Below, piece after piece: positions 41,084 to 54,199 of a stretch of DNA of 64,000 nt. Below the pieces are notes generated by a model. It searched no databases. It saw only the letters and a program-made list of their open reading frames with translations, and was not told the origin of the DNA. Both the position numbers and the translations under genes were made by a program. The DNA is from Octopus vulgaris (lineage: Eukaryota), in the NCBI GenBank assembly GCA_951406725.2, contig OX597815.1, positions 107,322,001 to 107,386,000 of the forward strand, given 5' to 3'. The stretch's first letter is position 1. The number at the start of each line of letters is the position of its first letter.

Positions 41084-41378
41084 ATCAAGCATGGCCAATG
41101 GCAGTGCCACCTGAGTGACACCTGTGCGAATGGCACATAAAAAGTACCATTTAAGTATGGCCCGATGCTAGTGCTGCCTGACAGGCTCCCATGGTGGTGA
41201 CACATAAAAGCACCCACTACACCCTCAGAGTGGTTGGTGTTAGGAAGGGCATCCAACTGTAGGAACCTTGCCAAATCAAATTGGAGCCTGGTACATCCTC
41301 CTGGCTTGCCAGTTCTCAGTCAAATCATCCAACCCATGCCAGTATGGAAAGCGGATGTTAAACGATGATGATGATGAT
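40831..41378 (+). mobile_element. Two tandem RTE 3' ends (family C)
   Basis: Two terminal domains, each ending in (GAT)n (at about 41045 and 41378). Confidence 0.85.
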
Positions 41379-41379
41379 G

Positions 41380-41412
<33 letters not shown>

Positions 41413-43509
41413 ATATATAGATAGATTGATAGTTTTATTTATATATATATACACACATACATATATATAACTATATATCTCTTTATATATCTAGCTAGCT
41501 ATATACCCACACATATATAATTGGTTTCTTTCAGTTTCCATCTATCAAATCTACTCCCAAGTCTTTGGTCAACCTGGGGTTATAGTAGAAGACACTTGGC
41601 TATACTGGGATGCTGTGGGGCTGAACCCGAGGCCACATGGTTGGCAAGCCACATTGACACCTATGTTGTTGTTTAAACCCAGCTCAGCCCTAATTCAGCA
41701 AACTTATGATGAAATGCATTCAAGACATAACAATACTACAATTTTATTTGCTTGGGACTAGGTTGTCCAAAGTGTTCTTCCTTTTTGCAGAGAATGTGAT
41801 GTAAAGGAGACTGACAGCTATTTCAAACAGGTCAAGTCACTGCATAGAAATTTCCTTCAGATTGTGAGAAATCCTTTTTTCAGAAACAAAATCTCTCTGA
41901 ATTTCTTCCAATCTACTTTTAGTCTGGTATCTGTGATTTTTCTATGATTTTTCTATGATTTTTTTTCCCCTGCTTCAACATTAATTATATCAATTCAATA
42001 TGAGAAGCTATTAACTATATCTATTGTACTGAGTGGTTTGTAGACTTCATTTCATTAGTAATTTTACTAATAGCTACCACTGATGCCATGGGTTGTTCGT
42101 ATGTATATGTGTGTGTGTGTGCATGTTCATACATGCAATAAACTATCTTTAATGTCATCAGATGTAGTGTGTGATTAGAATCAATGTCTAGATTCTTCTG
42201 TGGTGAATATTTTTGTAAAAAAAGCTAAGGATAGAAGACAAGATAGTTCTCAAACTAGCTAGGAAATCCTCTATATGGTACTTGACATGATTGAAACAAC
42301 AGCCAGATATCTGTCACATTACACACAACTTGAAAAAAAAAATGAAGAACACTTTAGATAATATGTCCTTGATAACGAAAACGATGTGGTAGTCATAGCT
42401 GGAATGCCTTTGATCATAGGTATGCTGAATCATTTCCGGTCTGGCATTAAACAATAAAGGATTTCTCAGCGTACAAATGGCAAACTTCTTATTGCTTCCT
42501 CTATATCAATAAAAGCATTTTATTTGAATATTGCAAATGAATGAATCACTCATTAATTATACATTAATCCTAATCCTTCCAGTGTAGAATTATTACTATT
42601 CAGATCACATATTCATATAACTAAGCAGAGTGAGCCCCTGAAAGTTAAGTATCTTGGCCATGGACAAGTATCTTGGACATAGTATCATACCAAAGGAATA
42701 TAGATATCCACATTTTGCTCTTTAATTCAATTTGCAGTTGATTTTTCTCATATAATTATTTTACCATATAAGGCAGTGAGCTGGCAGAATCGTTAGAATG
42801 CCAGGTGAAGTGCTTAGCAGTATTTTGTCTGCAACTACATTCTGAGTTCAAATTCTGTTGAGGTTGACTTCGCCTATCATCCTTTCAGGGTTGATGAAAT
42901 AAGCACCAGTTACACACTGAGGTCGATGTAATCGACTGTCCCTCCTCCCCCAAATTTTCAGGCCTTGTGCCTACAGAAGAAAGGATTATTATTTTACAAT
43001 AGGCAATATACACACAGACAGTTTACAACACATACATACAACACACATACCGAATCTGGGTTTGTTCGCTCATTCCTGGGCTCACTGCTGATGTTTCCCT
43101 TCCTGCTGATCTACATGCCTACCTCTCAGTACTCTCAACACTTTTCATTTGTACAAGCTACCACTTGTACTGGTATCACAATGGAAAGCTGGCAACACAC
43201 ACTCCCCCAATATATCTTTATATATATACATATTACTCTTTTACTTGTTTCAGTCATTTGACTGCAGCCATGCTGGAGCACCATCTTTAGTCAAGCAAAT
43301 CGACCCCAGGACTTATTCTATGCAAAAAGCACCCAGCACCATCTGTAAAGTGGTTGGCCCCAGGAATAGCATCCAGCCTTAGAAACCAAGCCAAATCAGA
43401 CTGGAACCTGGAGTAGCTCTCCTGTTTACCAGCTCTGGTCAAACTATCCAACCCATGCCAGGCATAAAAAACAGACATTAAATGATGATGATGATGATGA
43501 TGATGATGT

Positions 43510-43571
<62 letters not shown>

Positions 43572-43670
43572 CATATATACATGCATAGTTCTAGTTTGAG
43601 TAAAAAGCTACTGGATAAACTGAATGCCAACAAGTGTATATGTATGAGTGTGTAAGATCTTGCAATTTAT

Positions 43671-43701
<31 letters not shown>

Positions 43702-44085
43702 CATACATACACAGACACATATCATCATCATCATCCTTATCATCATTACCATTATATTACTTTCATGTTCCATGCTGGCATGGGTTGGGTGGTTTGACAG
43801 CATCCACACGTAAATGCATGGAGCATACACATGCACACTCCCATACATACACATACACACACTCACATAACCTTCATGGTCACCCACATACACTCACCCA
43901 TACACACATTATCATCACATACTCACAAATGCTTACACACAAACACTTTATACAGATTACTGTTGTCTCCTTAGCCATCCTTGTCTTTAACCTCTTCCTT
44001 CCTTCCAGTCATTTCAACATGTGCAACCATTAATCCAGACACATGTTTTTTTTTTTCTTTTTCCATCTGTTTTCTCTCCTTATTC

Positions 44086-44125
44086 CTTTCTGTAGAAGAG
44101 CATCATAAGGCTTGAAATGTCAAAG
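44086..44125 (+). ncRNA. Degenerate minimal hammerhead motif (A6U)
   Basis: CTTT CTGTAGA A GAGC ATCATAAG GCTT GAAA TG TC AAAG; stems I and II intact, GUC site. Confidence 0.55.
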
Positions 44126-44407
44126 ACTCTTCCATTTTCTCCAATTAATACACCCTGTTTGTTGTTTCTCACCTGTCTCTGTCTTTTGTTTTTTGGGGAT
44201 TTTTTTGTACAATTTTGAACAACTGATATTTTAAAGGCGGTGCTCCAGCATGGCCACAGTCAAATGACTGAAACGAGTAAAAGAGTAAAAGAGTAAAAGA
44301 GTAACACACACACACACACACAAACACCATCATCACCTCCATCATAATCATCATCATCAACATTTAATGTCCGTTTGCCATGCTGGCACAAGCTGGATGG
44401 TTTGATA

Positions 44408-44638
44408 AGGCGACGAGCTGGCAGAAACGTTAGCACGCCAGGCGAAATGCTTAGCAGTATTTCATCTGCTGCTACGTTCTGAGTTCAAATTCCGCCGAGG
44501 TTAACTTTGCCTTTCATCCTTTCGGGGTCGATTAAATAATTACCACTTATGCACTGGGGTCGATATAATCGACTTAATCTGTGTCTGTCCTTGTTTGTCC
44601 TCTCTGTGTTTAGCCCCTTGTGGGTAGTAAAGAAATAG
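44408..44638 (+). mobile_element. Young family B SINE with alternative tail
   Basis: CpG-rich; TSD GGTTTGATAAG / GGCTTGATAAG. Confidence 0.88.
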
Positions 44639-45213
44639 GCTTGATAAGAGTTGGCAAGAAGGCTGTACCAAGCTTTATTGTCTGTTTTAGCATGGGTTCT
44701 ATGGTTGGACACCCTTCCTATATCTATCATTTTCGTGGGTCACTGCAGTGAGAATGCTTGTCTATCTTCAATATGTATTGCGTTTTTACCATATATATAT
44801 TGGATTTTATCTCAGACAATTCCACAGCACCATGCCTTCTAACGGGATGTATGCATTTAGTATGATACATAGATGGTGATTTTAATTTAATGCTTTTTCA
44901 GTTATGTACACTGAGTCTGTTTACAGCCTGAGAAGCTTCAACAATACCTGTGAGTATTCTCTTTTTTCTTTATATCCATGGCATGTATTTTATTTAAGTA
45001 GGTAACATTTAGGTGCTTGGCATAAAAAAAACCTCAAAAAAAGCAAAACACAGCTGTCATTCTCATGAGTCATTGCAGTGATGATGTTCATCTTCCTCCA
45101 ATATATATTTTGTTTTTTAAAAAAACAAACCTTTGGAGAGATTTTATCTCAGAGAATTCAACAGCGTCATGCCTTCAAAGAATGCGTATACATTTAGTAT
45201 AATACATAGATGA

Positions 45214-45268
<55 letters not shown>

Positions 45269-45292
45269 TTGTCTTTGTTTATCTCTCTCCAT

Positions 45293-45354
<62 letters not shown>

Positions 45355-46514
45355 TTTGCCTTAACTCTATTCTTGTCTTTGTCCCAATCACCACAGCTGT
45401 TGCCACCACTACCACCACTACCACTGCTGCCATCATTACCACTGCCACCACCACCACCACCACCACCACCATCCTGTTGCCATTAGTTTTTCTTACTTTC
45501 TTACTTTCTAATTATCTCCTTTTTACTTTTTCCAAGCAAAAATCTTTCCAGAAAGAAATGATGCAACTTTATTTCAGTATTAGCAGAAAGCAAATCACAG
45601 GAACATCAACAAAACTAAATAAAAACAACAACAGCACGCACACACACACACACACACACACACAGATGCACACATATATGCATATATATATGTGTGCGTG
45701 TGTGTGTGAATATAAGCATATATATACATGTAAGTATACTTGTCTGTGTATGCGTATGTATCCATATGTAATGTATGTATGTATGTATGTATATATGTGT
45801 GTATGTATGTATGTATGAGATATATATATATATGTGTATGTGTGTATATATGTATGTGTATGTATGTATGATATACGTCTGTGAACAGTGAATTGAAAAC
45901 CAATCAAAGAGCAGTAAGAAAGAAATCATTTCAAGCGATTCTCTTAGTTATATTGCAAAGAGTGAAATAAATAGTAAGTAAAAAGAAAATTAACTTAATT
46001 GGTTTACTTCTTTTTCTTTCCTTATGCAGTCTTCTTCATCCAATCCATCCTTGTTAAGAATGGTGTAGTGGGAGGTTTTGTATTTTTTTTTTCACACTAA
46101 TGCAAAGCAATCTAGGTGGTAGATTCATTTGGAGTTTGTCTGGACAAAGGGATGTATATGTGTGTGTCTGTGTATGTGCATATGTATATATGCATATATC
46201 GCCGCCGCCACCACCACCACCACCATCATCATCATCATTTAACATGTTTTCCTTGTTGGCATGGGTTGGATGGCTTGACAAGAGCCGGTAAGGTCAGGAG
46301 CTGCACCAGGTTTCAGAGTTTGTTTTGGCTTAGTTTCTACAGCTCGATGCCCTTCCTGACTCTCACCACTCTATAGCGTGTACTGGGTGCTTTTTACATG
46401 GCATCAGCACCAGTCCTTTATATGTGGCACCTCACTAGCTTTTTTTTTTTATGTGGAACCAGCACCACTAGCTTTTTTTGGGCTTTTATATAAAAATATA
46501 TATTTGTATATACA

Positions 46515-47097
46515 GAGAGGGAACCTGTCTAAAAAGTAGACCCAGGAAGACCTGGGATGAAGTGGTGAAGCATGACCTTGAAATGAGATGATGATGAGCG
46601 ACTGAGACCTCTGAAGATATGCTGTGCTTGAGAAGACCCAGTAAACCAAGTGAGACTGTAACCGTGGCCTATGCCTGTGTAGCATAACCAGCCCATTTAA
46701 GAGTACCCTTCTATCATTGAGCAATAAACTGTGCTTGAGAAGAGCTGTTGAGTCAAGTGAAATCATTGTTTTGGCCAATGCCAGTACCACCTGACTAGCT
46801 TCCATACTGGTGGCACATAAAATGCACCATTCGAGCGTAGTCATTGCTAGTGCTGCCTGACTGGCTCCCATACTGGTGACATGTAAAAAGCACCATTTGA
46901 GCATGGTCGTTGCCAGTACCACCTGACTGGCCCTCATGCTGGTGGCACATAAAAAGCACCCACTATACTGAGAGTGGTTGGCGTTAGGAAGGGCATCCAG
47001 CTGTAGAAACCTTGCCAGATCAGATTGGAGCCTGGTACAGTCCTTGATCAAACTGCCCAATCCATGTCAGCATGGAAAGCGGACATTAAATGATGAT
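46515..47097 (+). mobile_element. RTE LINE ORF2 end plus complete 3' UTR
   Basis: EGTCLKSRPRKTWDEVVKHDL...RYAVLEKT, followed by three units of about 65 bp, the family C terminal domain and a GAT tail. Confidence 0.85.
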
Positions 47098-47678
47098 ATA
47101 GATATATAAATATACATTTATACATGTGTAGAGGTGTGTGGCATAGTGGTTAGGGTGTTGCACTCATGATTGTAATAATGTGGTTGCAGTTTTACATTCT
47201 GAGTTTAAATTCTGCCAAGGTTGACTTTGCCTTTCATCCTTTCGGGGTCGATAAATTAAGTTCCAGTTATGTACTGCTGTCTTTCTAATTGACTGGCCCC
47301 CTCCCCCAAAATTTCAGGCCTTGTGCCTAAAGTAGAAAAGAATATTGTGGTTGCAGTTCCTCACCAGTTGATGCATTATGGTCTTGAGCAAAACACTTCA
47401 TTTCACTTTGCTGCAGTCCACTCAGCTGGCAAAAGTGAGTAATCCTGTGATGGACTAGCATCCTTTCCAGTGGGGAATACACATGACACAGAATCTAAGA
47501 AACTGGTCTTATGAGCCAATGGCTCGGGAAGGATATATTTGGTCCTTTTTGATTTATATATTTATGTATATGCAAATATCTATCTATCTGTCTGTCTGTC
47601 TATCTCTCAATCTATCCATCTGTCTGTCTGTCCGTCCAACCATCTGTCCATCTATCTGTCTATCTGCCTGTCTATCTA

Positions 47679-47728
<50 letters not shown>

Positions 47729-48441
47729 CATGCATACACACATATGTGAATATATTTTTGTGCTTGTGTGTGTGCATGTGTATGTATATGTATATATGTA
47801 ATGCACACTCACATATATGTGTGTATATATGTATGTGTATATGTATGGATGCATGCAGGTATCTGTGAATGGTTAAGAAGTTCACTACACAACCATTATG
47901 TCTGGGTTTGATTCGACTGTGTGACATCTTGAGCTAATTTCCTATTTTCCACATTAATAAAGATGTTGAAAGTTAATAAACATGTCCAAAGTTGACAAAT
48001 ACTGAGTGAGAATGCTCTAACAATACTTATACATGCTAGTATTACCATTTTCTAGAAGAGGCATGGGCAACTTTTTCATGAAACAGGCTGCATAAAGACA
48101 TGACTAATCATGAGGTGGGTCATACCACTAAAATATTCAAGGTAATTTTTCCTTAGGCTTGCTGTTCAGAAAGTCCCACAGCCAACATGCAGCATGTGAC
48201 CCACAGTTTGCCAGTGACTGATCTAGAACAGTCTCAACTGGGGCCCATATGATCCTTAAGGGTCCACATAAGATTTGTTGTAAAAATTTATCAACAATAA
48301 ATTGATTATACTTCTACAATACACAAAATGTTTTAACAATTTTTTAAATACAATTCCTAATAATATCTAATTATAAAAATATATTATGGAGATGTACTTG
48401 CATAGCAAGTGACCTGATCTGAGATCGTGTGCTGAAATGAA

Positions 48442-48728
48442 AACAATTGCAACGTGGAAGGTGTTTATAAGCCATTTAAAAGGATACAAAAACCGTTAGA
48501 TTCACTTCAGCATTTACATTTAATTTGCCAAAATATTTTCATTGCTTTGAAACAGCGATCTTTTCACTGACAAAATTCCGTGCTGCATGCGGAAGTTTGT
48601 CAGTGAACAGGTTGCGGTCTCAAAGCGACGAAAATATTTTGGCAAATTAAATTTAAATGCTGAAGTGAATCTAACAGTTTTGTGTGTTTCTTAAATGGCT
48701 TATAAACAACTTCCACACTGCAATTGTT
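48442..48728. repeat. Imperfect palindrome (about 139-bp arms, 9-nt spacer); PLE-end-like insert 48384-48726
   Basis: AACAATTGC...TTCCG / CGGAA...GCAATTGTT; flanking duplication TTATAAAAATATA / TTACAAAAATATA. Confidence 0.9.
48596..48646 (+). ncRNA. Minimal type I hammerhead with G3-C8 swapped core (decayed mirror copy 48524-48574 minus)
   Basis: TTTGTCA GTGAACA G GTTGC GGTCTCAAA GCGAC GAAA ATAT TT TGGCAAA; 7-bp stem I, 5-bp stem II, palindromic stem III AATATT. Confidence 0.7.
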
Positions 48729-49157
48729 ACAAAAATATAAGAGGAGGTTTTTTAAGATCAAATGGCTATGGGGGTCTAGTAGAGTAAAAATAGGAATCAA
48801 AGGGGTCTATAACTGAAAAATGGTTGAGAAACATTGATCTAGAACATACCTATGTCTGTCCTCAAAGCTAATCTGTCAATGTCTTTACACAAATGGTTGA
48901 GCATTGCTCCAGCTGAGGCAATTACAAGTTGGATGATAGACACCTTCCTTAATGCTCATAGCATCTTTAATTCAACAAGTAGGTCAATGTAATTCCCAAT
49001 CTTTCACCTTAGTTTTTGCTCAACATTAAAATCAATTCAGTATGCTTTGTTGATAACAAGTATGTTATTGTCATTTGTTTTGTCACCAAAATTGATATCA
49101 GGTTTATTATGTTATCTGACGGTCTATCTATATGCTAAAGTTCTATAGTATATATAT

Positions 49158-49320
49158 AGGTGCAGGAGTGGCTGTGTGGTAAATAGCTTGCTTACCAACC
49201 ACATGGTTCCGGGTTCAGTCCCACTGCATAACACCTTGGGCAAATGTCTTCTACTATAGCCTCAAGCCGACCAAAGCTTTGTGAGTGGATTTGGTAGACA
49301 GAAACTGAAAGAAGCCTATC

Positions 49321-49392
<72 letters not shown>

Positions 49393-49600
49393 TTGTAAGT
49401 CTGTGTTTGTGCCCACCAACATCGCTTGACAACTGATGGTGGTGTGTTTACATCCCTGTAACTTAGCAGTTCGGCAAGAGAGACCGATACTAGGCTTCTG
49501 AAAAATAAGTCATGGGGTCGATTTGCTTGACTAAAGGCGGTGCTCCAGCATGGCCACAGTCAAATGACTGAAACAAGTAAAAGATAAAAGAGAAAAAAAG
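49158..49600 (+). mobile_element. SINE family A, full length
   Basis: Matches 17827-18233. Confidence 0.9.
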
Positions 49601-50367
49601 AGTGTTTTCACATAGTATTTTCAAAGACTGATAAATGTTTATGAGATTATCTAAAGTTTTTTTTTTCCCTGGAATTAGTTAAATAAGCATATATAAAATA
49701 GCTCTGTTATGTTACTATGTGACCAAGTATTTAAGGCTGTGAGCTTGCAGAATCATTAGCATGCTGGATAAAATGTTTAGCGGCATTTCATCCATCTTTA
49801 TGTTCCAAGTTCAAACTCCACCGAGGCTGATTTTGTCTTTTTGCTTTCGGGTGCCAATAGAATAAGTACCAGTTGAGCACTGAGGTTGATGTAATCAACT
49901 TACTCCCTCCTGTGAACTTGCTGGCCTTGTGCTAAAATTTGAAACCAATATTTATCTAAGTATCTTCTGTTATAACCTTCTATCAGACTGGTTGATATGA
50001 TGTGATGTATTGTTTCAGAAAATATATGACATAAACAGTTCTCTTTACATAATGATTCAATACAGGATATGATACAATAATTTCTTGCTATATGACAACA
50101 TATTTATATAACCAAAAAGGTGATGAACTGATACAAGCATTAATGAGCTGTAAAAAAAGCTTAATGACATCATTCCTAACTCTTTCTTTACCTTCTGGAT
50201 TCAGATTCCACCAAAATCGATTTTGTCTGTCATCATCTTTTTTGTGTTGATAAAATGAGTACCAGTTGAACACTGGGGTTCATGTAATTATCATGCCTGC
50301 TCACCTAAAATTTCAGGCCTTGTACCTACATTAGAAAGAACATGTATGTCCAAAACATATGTATATA

Positions 50368-50486
50368 GCTTACAGCCATATCACATTGAAAACACCAGTT
50401 CTCATCCAATCACCAAAGTTAAGCAACATCGAGCCTAGTTGGTACTTAGATGGGTGACTGCTTGAGGAACCTAGGGGCTGTAAGCA
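50368..50486 (+). pseudogene. 5S rRNA pseudogene, full length (119 bp)
   Basis: GCTTACAGCCATATCACATTGAAAACACCAGTTCTCATCCAATCACCAAAGTTAAGCAAC...GTACTTAGATGGGTGACTGC...GCTGTAAGCA. Terminal helix GCTTACAGC/GCTGTAAGC; many CpG-type substitutions; solitary; no T-run terminator. Confidence 0.9.
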
Positions 50487-50493
50487 TTAAAAA

Positions 50494-50878
50494 AGTGCAG
50501 GAGTAGCTGTGTGGTAAGTAGCTTGCTTACCAACCACATGATTCTGGGTTCAGTCCCACTGCATGGCACCTTGGGCAAGCATCTTCTACTATAGACTCGG
50601 GCCGACCAAAGCCTTGCGAGTGGATTTGGTAGACAGAAACTGAAAGAAGCCCATTGTATATGTGTGTGTGTGTGCGTGTGTGTGGTGTGTGTATGTGTGT
50701 CTGTGTTTTTCCCCCCACCATTGCTTGACAACTGATGTTGGCATGTTTACGTCCCTCGTAACTTAGCAGTTCAGCAGAAGATTTGACAGAATAAGTACTG
50801 GGGTTGATTTGTTCGACTAAGGCGGTGCTCCAGCATGGCTGCAGTCAAATGACTGAAACAAGTAAAAGAATAAAAAAA
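50494..50878 (+). mobile_element. SINE family A directly downstream of the 5S copy
   Basis: Matches 17827-18233. Confidence 0.88.
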
Positions 50879-51527
50879 TATAATCACCAGCATTGAACAC
50901 TGAAACACAACATGAAATTGGGGACCTATCAAAGGTAATGGGAGTAGGGTGGAGCAGAGAGTTCTTGCTTGGCATGGTGAAATGTAGCTTGTGATCATCT
51001 GAAGAAGAAGAATATTTATAGTTCAAACATATTTAAATTTTTAAAGCATACCTAAACATATTTCAAAGCATACTTATATGTTCAAGACAGCTTTTACTTG
51101 TTTAAATTATTAGATTGCTGCCATGCTGGAGCACCACACTGAGGAATTTTAGTTGAATGAATTGACTCTTCTATTTTTTATTTTGAAACATAGCACTTAT
51201 TCTTTTCTACTCTAGGCACAAGGCCCAAAATTTTGGGGAAGGAGACCAGTTGATTGGATTGACCCCATTATACAACTGGTACCTAATTTATCAACCCAGA
51301 AAGGATGAAAAGCAAAGTCGACTTGAGCGGAATTTGAATTCAGAATGCAAAGACAGATGAAGTACCGCTAAGCATTTCACCCGGCATACTAGCATTTCTG
51401 CCAGCTCGCCACCTTAAGCCTGGTACTTATTCTATCGGTCTCTTTTGCTAAACTACCAAATTATAAGGAGATAAACACACCAACACTGGTTGTCAAGCAA
51501 TGTTGGGGGACAAACACACACATACAT

Positions 51528-51564
<37 letters not shown>

Positions 51565-51567
<3 letters not shown>

Positions 51568-52795
51568 GGGTGTGATGGGTAAATTGCTGCTGTTTTATAT
51601 TTTTGATTTCAGGCACGTGCATTGTTTGCTTTTGATTTTGTCGACTACACAGTATAGTAGGGTCAGTTGGGTACTGTCTGTGAGAAAAACAGCACATGAC
51701 GCAATTCACTCTGCCAGAAATTTGGAAACGATATACTGTACTGCTTGGCATTCATGCTGGAAGCTCCAATATGAATATTTCAGAGTGTTTGGGTGTCAAT
51801 CTGAAGACAGTGCAGAGGATTGAGAAAGTGTTGGCTGAATCTAATGATAATTATGAAGGTGCAGCAGCTCAGAAAACTCACTCTGACTGTTCTGATAAGA
51901 AAAGAACACCTGAATTTGTTGGTGAGATCTAGGTCATGATTGACAAACGATCTCTCCAAGTCAATCAGATCCATCACTAGGGACATGGCAATGTCTGATT
52001 TTTTTATCAGGTAGGTAGGGCATGAAGACATTCAGTATTCCTCATACAAGATGAAGAAGGGCCATTTTTTTTATCTCAAGCCATCAAAAACAAGAGGGAA
52101 GATCTTGGACAAACTCAAGCATCCCTTCCAACTGAACATGCTTTGGTTTTTCTCAGATGACAAAAATTTCTGCCAGGATCTGATGGTGAACACTCAGAAC
52201 AACTGTTCGCTTGTCGTATCTTCAAAGCATATACTGAGAGTGATAAAAATCAAACATCCAGTCAACAGCATGGTGTTTGGAGTCATCACTAGTGATGGCG
52301 ATGTTATGCCTCCATACATCTTTCCACACAGCCTCAGACTCAATGCAGAGTCTTACATCAAGTGCCTGGAGGAGGTAGTGCTGCCCTGGGTCAAGAGGGT
52401 GGCTGCTGGAAGACTCTATGTCTGGCAACAGGACTCTGCACCATGCCACACATGCAAGAGAACCTAGTCACGGCTGTCAGACAATTTCTGCAACCATATC
52501 ACTCCTAACATCTGGCCACCTAACTCAGCAAGACTGTAACCCTTTTGATTATAATGTGTGGGGCGCAGTTGAGTTCACCAAAGATGAACTGAAGGCAAGG
52601 ATCTTGGCAGCATTGACTAACTTAAACAAGGAGACCATCCAGAAGAGTTGCAGGAGATTCTAAAGTCGTCTGGAGGCCATTGGTTGAAGGCAATGGCTAT
52701 TTTATTGAATAAATTTACTCTTCAGCATTTCAAGATAATTTTATGTAATTTTGCTAAATATATCTGTTAAAATGAGATGCCAGTGTTTATTTACA
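51565..52795 (+). mobile_element. maT (DD37D)-like transposon, near full-length pseudogene
   Basis: WFFSDDKNFCQD...MVFGVITSDGDVMPP...YVWQQDSAPCH...IWPPNS.DCNPFDYNVWG, with about 37-residue D-D spacing after frameshift repair; 5' TIR GGGTGTGATGGGTAAATTG. Confidence 0.9.
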
Positions 52796-54199
52796 ATTTA
52801 TCTATTCAAAATATATTTACATGTCTAAGGATTATTCATATTTGCTGCAGAAAGAAAAATGCTTTTATAATTTAAATTTTTCATATATTGCATTACCAGC
52901 ATGAAACTGGCTAGTTCCAATCTCCTTGGTTCCTCTCAGAATTCACATACTCAATTATATGCCTAATTGGAAGTTGTTTACACAACAGCTCAAACAGAAA
53001 TAGACATTTGCTAATCTGAAAGCACTGGCCATCATAATTAATTATATAAGAATTGAAGGAACCAATTAACCAATAGCTCAGAATCATTAGTTCTGCACAA
53101 AATCTCTTGCAGTCCTTTATGCATTGAGATTATACTACTTTGTGTTTCATCCTCCTGGTTTTGATAAAATAGGTACCAACGAAGTATTAAAATAAATGCA
53201 ATCAACAGCTGCCAGATGTATATCACTGGATCATAATAATATGGCTGGTAGTTGGTGAGTGAGTGGCCCACATTTAGGCCGGTGACTATCACATCTGATA
53301 GTTCCCCACTAACTAAAAACACATTAACCATCTTCACTATTTGGAAATTTAAATTTAAAACAAAAGTAGTTGATTAATTGCCAGTTATTGTGAATTTTTC
53401 CCTTGATACAAATTCAAAAACATTTAAAGCATAGAATGTATTACACACACAGACACAGACACACACAGACACACACACACACACGTGCGTGTGTGCATGC
53501 ATGCATACACACACATAGATATGCATATACACACACAGATATGTATAATACCCACACAGATACAGTGTGTATACACACACACATATAATGTATATATGCA
53601 TATATCTAAACCTCTCTCACTCTCTCTCTCTCTTTCTCTCTCTATACACAAATACACACACACACACGCACACACGCACACACGCACGCACACATAAATA
53701 CACGCACACGCACACACACATATATGTGCGTGTGCTCAAGATTCTTTTTAAAATCATTTTATACCAACATTCTCATCTATTTGGATTACTGCTATACATG
53801 CACCATGTGCATATTTTAATATCCTCATTGATTTTGATATAGACATACAACCTCACAAATACATTTATGTATTTATATATTTGTATATTTATATATTTTT
53901 ATATTATATCATGTATATATGTATGCACCTATGCATGCTGTGGAGTCCGATGCTTTGAAATGTATTGAGTGAATATGAATACTGACCTTCGAAATTTGTT
54001 CTCTCTTTCTTGATTTCATATATATATATATATGTATATGTATATGTATGTATGTATGTATGTATATATACACACATTTATATATGTGTGCGTGTGTATG
54101 TATATATATATATATATATATATATAGATATAGACACACACGCAGAAACCTGGAGATGCTATACACATGCAACCAGAGTTAGACACAATATACAGGTGG

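Larger units (their letters stand above)
48058..48836. mobile_element. Two adjacent hAT (Charlie-like) MITEs: 48058-48220 and 48229-48836
   Basis: 8-bp WTCTAGAA at 48050, 48221 and 48837; CAG...CTG-type termini. The second family also occurs at about 28012. Confidence 0.8.

Noticed and set aside
46770-46960. Tandem 65-bp units as a CRISPR-like array
   Set aside because: Whole units repeat with no unique spacers; eukaryotic LINE 3' UTR; no cas genes.
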